A stretch of 10,549 nucleotides of DNA from Amoebophrya sp. A120 (taxonomy: Eukaryota; Protista; Dinoflagellata), in the NCBI GenBank assembly GCA_905178155.1, contig CAJINV010000006.1, positions 2,392,136 to 2,402,684 of the forward strand, given 5' to 3'. Position numbers and translations under genes: made by a program. Below, one piece after another: positions 1 through 7,131 of this stretch (its first letter is position 1; every line of letters starts with the position of its first letter). The notes beneath the pieces were generated by a model that had not been told where the DNA came from, searched no databases, and worked only from the letters and a program-made list of their open reading frames with translations.

Positions 1-204
1 GGCCAGCATGACTCTCAAGTCTGTCATGCACAGTATCCCAAAGGAGCCCCAACTTTCTGTCATGCAAAGACCAAGTTTGTCATGCTGAATAGAGAACACG
101 CAGCAAGTCAGGAACTTGTCATGCTGAGCCGTCACTTGTGGCCTCCTCATGATTCGCCCCTCAGCATCTCAAGTTTCCAGACCCAGACATATTTGCAATG
201 CATA
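1..204. mobile_element. TAT..ATA introner-like element / putative non-canonical intron (left end outside window)
   Basis: Ends TTCCAGACCCAGACATATTTGCAATGCATA followed by TCATG (205-209). Only 2 differences from 6067-6270, which is the complete copy at the equivalent site. Confidence 0.9.
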
Positions 205-795
205 TCATGCCCATGTCTTTCAAACCGGTCATCATGTCAGTGCTTTCCCCCTCGTCGTCGCCGTCTGCCTTCGCCGCAACGTGAGCCTTCTTGGCATGCG
301 TCAGCATCTTCTGCACGAAAGAGGTGCCCAACATAGCGGACTGCAGCTCGGCAAAGTCATCCGGGGTGACCTGCATGAGGCTCGCTTCTTCTTCTTCACC
401 CGCGGCAGCCTGGGTGGAAAAAAATATAAAGAAGTAGCAGTAGCCTGGTAAGTTGTCACTGGTGGATGTCAACATCAAATTTTAAACCCAAAGCACTGTA
501 CTCGCACACCTCTCGCTGCTCGAAGACAGAAGAAGTAGAGTCTACCTACTAGTATCGTCGGTTCACCAATTAGTTATAGTTGCTTCAATGAAATTAGCGC
601 GTCTGTAGTTAACTACAAGGAGCTCCTGTTATTTTCGAAATACGAATGGGCTAAGTAAGTAAGTACCTCGGTCGCTTTCACGTCGGAGCGGGTGGTCTTC
701 TTGCGGAGCAGGCTTTCGGCCGAGACAACGGTCGCGGAGGCGACATTGGCGGCGACAGCGCCGAGCAGCACCAGGGTCTTCTTGGAGGCGAACAT
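205..795 (-). CDS. Secreted protein with EF-hand-like loop, tandem copy 1 (5' part; exon 795-667, GT-AG intron, exon 409-205; continues beyond window start)
   Basis: Exon 1 MFASKKTLVLLGAVAANVASATVVSAESLLRKKTTRSDVKATE (hydrophobic N-terminus) joins in phase 0 to AAAGEEEEASLMQVTPDDFAELQSAMLGTSFVQKMLTHAKKAHVAAKADGDDEGESTDMMTGLKDMGM. Indels versus copy 2 are multiples of 3. Confidence 0.8.
410..666 (-). other. Canonical GT-AG spliceosomal intron
   Basis: Minus strand GAG|GTACTTACTTAC...TTTTTTCCACCCAG|GCT. Phase 0, pyrimidine tract, both ends conserved in the paralogous intron 6747-7014. Confidence 0.75.
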
Positions 796-1355
796 TTTGG
801 GTTTTTTGTTTTTCGCTTCTTCTCGAAGAAAGCAAAAAAAATTTTTTTACCAAGCGAGAAAAGGTTTATTCTACTCGTGGAGGTAGTTGCTGTACAACTT
901 TTTTGGTTTTCTAGGTGTTGGCTTGGTGCCGGTTTGTTTGAAACTTGGTTTCTTGTTTCAGTCGAGTTGCTGTTATTTTCCTGTGATGAGAATGTTGGTT
1001 GTGTGGAAATAACAAATACAACTTGGATGCGAATATCAAGGTAGATGAAGTAGTGATTGATTTTATTTTGTTTCGAAAGTTCTTAACCACAGTACGACGT
1101 ACTTCCGCAGGTGTACGAGGATTGCAGATGATTTTTTCGCATTTATCATCGGCGTAGTACGATGCAACGAAGTGGAAGAAGTTCCTGTTGGAGTTGGACA
1201 CTTGTAGTACCCCTGCCACGAAATGTTGACAATGTACGCACTGATACGATCATTATCCCTGGACGATGAGGACGAAGACGATATCTAACTATTTCATAAT
1301 TTGAACCACGAGGAGGACTACACGAGGAAGGTCATGTACACAACGAGTCGAATGG

Positions 1356-1408
1356 CACTACACCAGCGCGGCATACGTATACTATACGTATGCCGCGCTG
1401 GTGTAGTG
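1356..1408. repeat. Perfect 53-bp palindrome with CACTAC...GTAGTG ends
   Basis: CACTACACCAGCGCGGCATACGTATA-C-TATACGTATGCCGCGCTGGTGTAGTG: 26-bp perfect arms, 1-nt centre. No matching flanking TSD. Confidence 0.9.
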
Positions 1409-2165
1409 AAATACTATAATAGTATACAGGATTTTCAAATTCTCATACGATGTTGACGAGGACTCTCATCTGGCCGGGATTCTACTTTTCAGTAAAATAC
1501 GTGGTGTAGGTGTACAACTACTACGTGTGTAATTGACGAAGCTGCCTCGACGGCTTTATAAAAATGGTGAACACGATCATCCACATTGTGCTCGTGCAGT
1601 AGAACACCTTCAAAACGAGTCTCGACTGACTCGACAGACAGAGAAGTCTGTGTATTGCACACGATATTTATCAAGCTTCGACGCAGTAAATCAATTGATC
1701 AAACTGAAAAGCAGAAGATCTTCATGTGTGCTCGTGTAAAAATATGCTGCATCGTACCCGTAGCCCCTTGAAGAAGATTCAGATTGTTTTGTTCCATTTT
1801 TTGCAAGCCTTGCTCCTTCGACATCGTGACATCAAAAACTCCCTTTGATGTCACCGAATCCTTTCCATCTGTCCCTGGACCCGGCTCATAAACAACACCT
1901 ATTAAGGGGAAAAGTAAGGGCAGCAGCTCTCATTAGTGCCTGTGTTGATGATGACGCTAAGCCTAGTACAACTCATGCAGATTTGCTATGGTCCTCATTT
2001 TCGCACCGCAAACGCATTCGCAGAACAAGTAGTTACAGCACTTGGAATTGCCGAACTCGTCTGGTGCATAATCAAACTTCTTACACGGTGTGGGCTGATT
2101 TTCGTACTTGGTAGTACTTACATTTCAGCAGCACTTGGTAAAGACAAAGAGGCCACTCACTTCCC

Positions 2166-2427
2166 TATCAACTGTAAAAATGTCTGGGTCTGGAAGATTG
2201 CCAGGTTTGTCATGCACATTTTGCATGACTCCTGATGTCTGTGATGCATGCCCTAGCATCACAGATTTTATGAGGGCTTCCTGATGCCTATACCGCATGA
2301 CAAACGCTCTTTCCGTGTAGCAAAACTTGGAATCTCTTTGCTGCTCATGCAATACAGATTTTTTTAGCATCCAAAATCAGCATGACAAGTTGCATTCTTC
2401 CAGACCCAGACATTTTTACTTTTGATA
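2166..2427. mobile_element. TAT..ATA introner-like element, ~262-bp family
   Basis: TIR TATCAACTGTAAAAATGTCTGGGTCTGGAAG / CTTCCAGACCCAGACATTTTTACTTTTGATA. Perfect 5-bp DR TTCCC (2161-2165, 2428-2432). Full-length similarity to 4646-4907 and 6364-6632. Confidence 0.92.
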
Positions 2428-2469
2428 TTCCCTTTCATAAGACCACGTCGGTACCTAGCCCATACACGG

Positions 2470-2730
2470 TATGGATTGCAAAAATGTCTGGGTCTGGAGA
2501 GGTTAAACCTGTATTGCGTATTTCGCATTCCTGAAAAATCTGTACTGCATAAGCAGCAAATAAAGCGCCACACTTTCGTCATCCAAATAAAACGCAGTTT
2601 GTATATGTGTTCTGCGCATGAGAAAGAGTTTGAAACATTTGTCATGCTGCACTGCACTTACATGCACAGTCAATCATGACCATTCAGCATGACAAGTTTC
2701 CAGAGGACTCACACATATTTGCAACGCATA
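2470..2730. mobile_element. TAT..ATA introner-like element (261 bp) in kinase CDS
   Basis: TATGGATTGCAAAAATGTCTGGGTCTGG...CACATATTTGCAACGCATA. Perfect DR CACGG (2465-2469, 2731-2735). Removal joins LHTV to YGLGTD. Confidence 0.9.
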
Positions 2731-2836
2731 CACGGTGTGCAGCTGCAACGAGCCGCCGAGGTAGCGTGCGTACAGATTTGCCAGGGGCAGCCCGCAACCA
2801 CCCCCAGCGAAGGTCACTGTTTTGTAGTGTTGGCGG

Positions 2837-3029
2837 TATGAATTGCAAAATAGACATCTTCGTAAGTACACAAATCTTCGCATGCCAAATTTCCATTTCC
2901 TGCGCACGGGTAGAAATGGAATCTGTAAAAATGCGGAGTTACATCAGGGAAGGGAAGAGATTTCATTTGTAATTATGCATGAATGCTGTCATTAGTACGA
3001 CTGCGATTATACAACTTTTGCAATGCATA
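2837..3029. mobile_element. TAT..ATA introner-like element (193 bp) in kinase CDS
   Basis: TATGAATTGCAAAA...TTTTGCAATGCATA. DR GGCGG/GCCGG (1 mismatch, synonymous Arg position). Frame restored on removal. Confidence 0.82.
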
Positions 3030-3041
3030 GCCGGGAGAGAA

Positions 3042-3263
3042 TATCCCACGAAAAAACTGTTTCACTGTAATGATTTTGCAAGTTTTGCATTACAAATTTG
3101 TTTACACATGACAAAGAAAACTTGCCATGCGAGGTTGCTAAGCACGGAAAACAGCACAGCTACAAATCATTTCTTGCCTTGCTTGTGCTGTAGCAACACA
3201 AACACTTCTGCAATGCATTTTCTGCATTACAAGTTTACAGTGAAACAGTTTTCTCTTGCGATA
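3042..3263. mobile_element. TAT..ATA introner-like element (222 bp), different TIR family
   Basis: TATCCCACGAAAAAACTGTTTCACTGTAA / TTACAGTGAAACAGTTTTCTCTTGCGATA. DR GAGAA/AAGAA. Frame restored on removal. Confidence 0.87.
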
Positions 3264-3312
3264 AAGAAAGTTGGTTTCCTCGAAGTTCGCCTGTTCCGCG
3301 AAAGAAGAGCTG

Positions 3313-3627
3313 CATCCTAAGCAAAAATGTCCCCACACCAGAGAAGTCAAGATGGGACCTCTGCTAGACAAATCAGCCAGCTTTGGCTGCTTCGCATGAC
3401 AAGTTTCGATCCTGGTAGTGTACTCCTCGATTTATTAGGTAGCTCAGCAGCATCACAGATCTAGCATATCAACATGCTGATTACAGCATCACAAATTCCA
3501 ACACACGATATAGAAAATGTTTCTCATGGGTTTTTCCGCATAAGAAACTTTTTATTTTTGGATTTGGCATGCAGATTTGCATGACAACTCTGGGGTCGTG
3601 GGAAAGTCTACGGTTTTCCTCAGAATA
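3313..3627. mobile_element. Degenerate introner-like element (315 bp)
   Basis: Left end CAT-CCTAAGC-AAAAA (T>C), right end TTTT-CCTCAGA-ATA. Residual inner IR CCCAC..CCAGAG. DR AGCTG/AACTG. Internal GCATGACAA motifs. Removal joins TTASS to SSFAEQ in frame. Confidence 0.7.
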
Positions 3628-3688
3628 AACTGCTGGCCGTGGTTGGGTTGGTCGTGTTGGGTGCCAGTTGTTGCGCTAACAACTGCTG

Positions 3689-3810
3689 TATGCAATGCAA
3701 AAGCATCGCAGTGGTCGCACTAGTATCTTCTATAAATTGCATTACAAATCTACTTCTTGACAGAATGATCTTCGACTCTGGTCTTTTCTCACGCCAAGCA
3801 CCTTCTAGAG
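3689..3810. mobile_element. Truncated introner-like element (left end only)
   Basis: Begins TATGCAATGCAAAAG directly after the kinase exon. No matching right TIR before homology to unit 2 resumes at 3811. Confidence 0.55.
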
Positions 3811-4645
3811 CACACGACACAATTTTTTTCTTCAATCTTCTACTACAAGATCTGGCTCATTTCGTCGGGGTGATCGTCGTTACAATTTTGACAGATTTTT
3901 CTTGTGGGGCTAGTGTTCTGTCCAAGCTTGTTGCACTTACAACTGTAGTCCTGCTATAATTGGGAGCTGTTGCTATCATCTCTGGATCGGTGCACATGCA
4001 CTACTTCCTTGTTAGATCGCAGATCGCCATTATTTGCATCCATTCCATCACAGGACCACGCACGACCAAGCAGTACAGGAAGAAAAGAACATCTTACCGT
4101 GAAAGCGAGCGGTCGTGCGAGAGAACTAAAAAACGTGGGCGGCTGCGGCCAAGGGCAAGGCCATTGTGCAAGCATATTAGCCCCGTTCCTGCCCTGTTCC
4201 GTCGATTTTCATCTTCTAGTAGGCTATACTAGCGATAAAACGTTTTTGCATCTTTCGGGCTGTGGCTCGACGTGGTAGTTCTCATTCGCGCAACATCTGT
4301 ACTACATACAACACCAGCAGAAAAACACCATGCCTGGAAAATTTGCTTCTGATCGCCGTTATCCGTACCAACATCATCGTCATCGATCAGAGGATCGGGT
4401 GTATATTGGAGCAGAATGATGTTGTTGTTGATAGGCGTTTAGTACAACGCAGCAGGCGCTTCAGAAGTTGTACTCTATTTGGGAAAAGTAATATTCTATC
4501 GTTGTACGGTGCGCGGTTATATTCTTTGTCCAGATGAAAATTCTTAACCCGTTGTAAAGTAAAGTAAAAACGCTCTCTTCCTCTTCCGTGGGTACTAGGG
4601 CTACTAATATGTCCTCGTGAAGAGCAGTGGCTGATGAAGAAGCCG

Positions 4646-4907
4646 TATCAACTGTAAAAATATCTGGGTCAGGAAAATTCTGACACTTGTCATGCACGTT
4701 TTGCATGAGCCATGATGTCTGTGATGCATGCCCTAGCATCACAGATTTTTTGAGGGCTTCGCGATGCCTATTCCGCATTAGAAGTACCTTCTCAGCGTAG
4801 CAAAAATTGCATTCCCTTTGCTATTCATGCAATACAGATTTTTTTGGAGTCCAAACGCAGCATCACAAGTTGCATTCTTCCAGACCCAGACACTTTTACA
4901 TTTGATA
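4646..4907. mobile_element. TAT..ATA introner-like element, ~262-bp family, with empty site in paralogue
   Basis: TATCAACTGTAAAAATATCTGGGTCAGGAA...TTCCAGACCCAGACACTTTTACATTTGATA. Perfect DR AGCCG (4641-4645, 4908-4912). Unit 2 has a single AGCTG at 8448-8452. Confidence 0.92.
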
Positions 4908-5091
4908 AGCCGAAAGAAAGCTGCTGGCAACATGATTTATGCTTGCAGTGTTCTTGTACGTAGTACTATTATAGGCAGCAGGGCAAATTAGTACTGAATG
5001 AGGATTTTTACCACGTTTAAAATTTTTCTCGGGGTGGAAAACGACGTTAAAGGGCATGAAATTGGTTCCATCGGGTTCGTCAGTGGGGAGA

Positions 5092-5092
5092 N
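5092..5092. other. Ambiguous base, probable scaffold gap or join
   Basis: Single N exactly where homology with unit 2 (8612) stops and composition switches to GC-rich. Confidence 0.75.
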
Positions 5093-5110
5093 GGGTACGG
5101 GTTTTGTTTT

Positions 5111-5203
5111 TCTGCCCACCAAGGCCCGCGCGCGTTGCCTCGCGAATTAGCCGTTGTTTGTCTGCACACCAAGGCCCGCGCGCATGGCCTCGCGAATTAG
5201 CCG
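5111..5203 (+). repeat. Two-copy GC-rich direct repeat, 50-bp period
   Basis: TCTGC(C/A)CACCAAGGCCCGCGCGC(GTT/ATG)GCCTCGCGAATTAGCCG at 5111 and 5161, followed by a C-rich run at about 5207-5225. Confidence 0.85.
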
Positions 5204-5445
5204 ATGGCCCCCCGCCCCCCCCCCCTCCACACGCCCGCGCCTGCGTCGCCCCCTGCCTTCCGCGGGAGCTTCTGCTCGCGGCGTCGCGCGACGAGCACTA
5301 CCTCGAACGCACGGCAACAGCATGGAACTTGTTTCACGTGTCTCACCGTCTCACCCCAAAAAAAAACCAATCTTGGCACCGCCGCGCCCCGAGCGCTTTT
5401 TTCCATTTCTACTGTTGTGTTCCGCCCGTCTGCTGCTTTGTTCCC

Positions 5446-5590
5446 GACTACAATTTGGCGCACCGAGGCCGTCCGCCTCGGTGCACCGAGGCGGCCATTC
5501 CGAAAAACTGGCATTTTTGGCTTCGGTGCGCCATTTTGTATGCGCGTCCTGAAGAAACTTCTTCTAGCCTCGGTGCGCCAACTTGTAGTG
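5446..5590. mobile_element. CACTA-like miniature inverted-repeat element
   Basis: Left GACTACAATTTGGCGCACCGAGGC versus reverse complement of right end CACTACAAGTTGGCGCACCGAGGC (22/24). Repeated CACCGAGGC motif in both orientations. No clear TSD. Confidence 0.55.
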
Positions 5591-5610
5591 GCGCACCGAG
5601 GCCACGACAC

Positions 5611-5667
5611 TACCGAGGCGACGTCATGCATGACTGCAATACGAGTACGATACTTTTGCACAGGATA
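5611..5667. mobile_element. Right arm of a long or interrupted TAT..ATA element
   Basis: 5639-5667 reverse complement TATCCTGTGCAAAAGTATCGTACTCGTAT. Flank CCTTG (5668-5672). Pairs with the left arm at 9495. Confidence 0.8.
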
Positions 5668-7131
5668 CCTTGTTCATCATGTCGACGATGACTTTCATGA
5701 ACTCAAAGCCCGGAACCAGGTGCGAGTTCATTTCCAGCTTGCCGTCATCATCGGAATCCATCCGCTTCAGCTGGGTGTGCAGGAACTCCTGCAGCTGGGG
5801 CTGGTATCACAAGAAAAAGTGTTAACGTTAACGGAATTTGTGATGCAGTAACGCATCAGAAAAGGTGCCCAAATTTGTATTTCGTAGCATGCATGGAAGG
5901 CAATGGCAAAATTTGTAATGCATAGCTGCCATCTGTGAAAACCGTTAACGTTAACAATTTTTGCTTTGATAGCTGGAACGTCTCGAACATGATCTTCGCC
6001 ATGGCCATGTATCCATTGCAAATATGTCTGAGTCTGGAACAAGAGCGCAAGTTTGTCAACATGCTCGGCCAGCATGACTCTCAAGTCTGTCATGCACAGT
6101 ATCCCAAAGGAGCCCCAACTTTCTGTCATGCAAAGACCAAGTTTGTCATGCTGAATAGAGAACACGTAGCAAGTCAGGAACTTGTCATGCTGAGCCGTCA
6201 CTTGTGGCCTCCTCATGATTCGCCCCTCAGCATCACAAGTTTCCAGACCCAGACATATTTGCAATGCATATCATGCCCATGTCTTTCAAACCGGTCATCA
6301 TGTCCGTGCTTTCCCCCGCCTCGTCATCGCCGTCTGCCTTCGCCGCAACGTGGGCCTTCTTGGTATCAAATGCAAAAATGTCTGGGTCTGGAAGATTGCC
6401 AGGTTTGTCATGCATATTCTGCATGACCCATGATGCCTGTAGTGCATGACTTAGCATCACAGATTTTTGGAAGGCTTGGGCTTCCTGATGCCTATTCTGC
6501 ATGACAAATGCCCTCTCCACGTAGCACAATCTGAGCTCCTCTTGCTGGTCATGCAACACAGATTTCTTTGGAATCCAAAGACAGCATGACAAGTTTGGAT
6601 CCTTCCAGACCCAGACATATTTGCAATGCATACTTGGCATGCGTCAGCATCTTCTGCACGAAAGAGGTTCCCAGCATGGCGGACTGCAGCTCGGCAAAGT
6701 CATCCGGGGTGACCTGCATGAGGCTTGCTTCTTCATCCGCGGCAGCCTGGGTGGAAAAAAATATAAACGAGAAGTAGTAGCCTGGTAAGTTGTCACTGGC
6801 GAATTATGTCAACATCAAATTTTTAAGGAACCCAAAGCACTCACACTCTACTCGCACGTGTGGTCTCACTGCTAGGAGACAGAAGCAGAGTCTAGCTACT
6901 GGTATCGTCGGTTCACCAATTTTCAGTACTACTTCGCTGAAGTTAGCGCATGATCTTCTGTACAAGAAGCTCCTTTTTTCCAAATACTTACAAATGGTTT
7001 AAGTAAGTAAGTACCACGTCGGAGCGGGTGGTCTTCTTGCGGAGCAGGCTTTCGGCCGAGACAACGGTCGCGGAGGCGACGTTGGCGGCGGCAGCGCCGA
7101 GCAGGACCAGGGTCTTCTTGGAGGCGAACAT
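5668..7131 (-). CDS. Secreted protein with EF-hand-like loop, tandem copy 2 (exons approx 7131-7015, 6746-6633, 6358-6271, 6004-5972, 5799-5668; last exon missing at the gap)
   Basis: After removing 1 GT-AG intron and 3 elements, the uninterrupted frame is MFASKKTLVLLGAAAANVASATVVSAESLLRKKTTRSDV-AAADEEASLMQVTPDDFAELQSAMLGTSFVQKMLTHAK-KAHVAAKADGDDEAGESTDMMTGLKDMGM-AMAKIMFETFQ-PQLQEFLHTQLKRMDSDDDGKLEMNSHLVPGFEFMKVIVDMMNK, with strong GC3 codon bias. Exon edges are ambiguous within the 5-bp DRs. Confidence 0.85.
5805..5971. mobile_element. TAT..ATA introner-like element (167 bp), third TIR family
   Basis: TATCACAAGAAAAAGTGTTAACGTTAACGG / CCGTTAACGTTAACAATTTTTGCTTTGATA. Perfect DR GCTGG (5800-5804, 5972-5976). 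Confidence 0.92.
6010..6270. mobile_element. TAT..ATA introner-like element (261 bp)
   Basis: TATCCATTGCAAATATGTCTGAGTCTGGAA / TTCCAGACCCAGACATATTTGCAATGCATA. DR CCATG/TCATG. Shared with copy 1. Confidence 0.92.
6364..6632. mobile_element. TAT..ATA introner-like element (269 bp), with empty site in paralogue
   Basis: Perfect DR CTTGG (6359-6363, 6633-6637). Copy 1 has a single CTTGG at 290-294 in uninterrupted coding sequence. Confidence 0.95.
6747..7014 (-). other. Canonical GT-AG intron (paralogue of 410-666)
   Basis: GTG|GTACTTACTTAC...TTTTTCCACCCAG|GCT, phase 0. Confidence 0.75.

Larger units (their letters stand above)
2435..3688 (-). pseudogene. 3' fragment of a PDK/BCKDK-family mitochondrial protein kinase (HATPase C-terminus), split by introner elements
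   Basis: Removing 4 elements plus one DR each gives the continuous frame [80 protein letters not shown]. This matches the PDK/BCKDK motif (A/H)G(Y/F)G(Y/F)GLP.SR.YA.Y(F/L)GG.LQL....G.GTD.YL. The 5' part is missing and TGA (2435-2437) falls slightly earlier than the usual family C-terminus. Confidence 0.8.
1..5091 (+). repeat. Tandem segmental duplication, unit 1 (homologous to 6067-8612)
   Basis: Position 1 aligns to 6067 and 5091 to 8612 (GTCAGTGGGGAGA). Unit 1 has extra segments 1304-3810 and 4646-4912; unit 2 has extra 6364-6637. Confidence 0.92.

Noticed and set aside
1758-1766. CCCGTAGCC resembling the start of the dinoflagellate spliced leader
   Set aside because: Only 9 nt match and the ATTTTGGCTCAAG part is absent; chance level.
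1936-2972. Plus-strand ORFs that also stay open after element removal
   Set aside because: They are the antisense shadow of the kinase exon; the family motif is on the minus strand.
3316-3330. Possible canonical acceptor TTTTTGCTTAG upstream of the kinase exon
   Set aside because: It is better explained as the decayed end of element 3313-3627, whose removal gives an in-frame join.
5056-5851. Long overlapping ORFs (211, 215, 154, 132 aa)
   Set aside because: GC-rich repeat DNA open in many frames; one ORF crosses the N; no recognisable domain; partly antisense to the real exon.
5935-6640. ORFs with CKNVWVWK / PDPDIF / QTQTYLQC peptides as a repeated domain or transposase
   Set aside because: These are translations of the element TIRs; the elements are too short to be autonomous.
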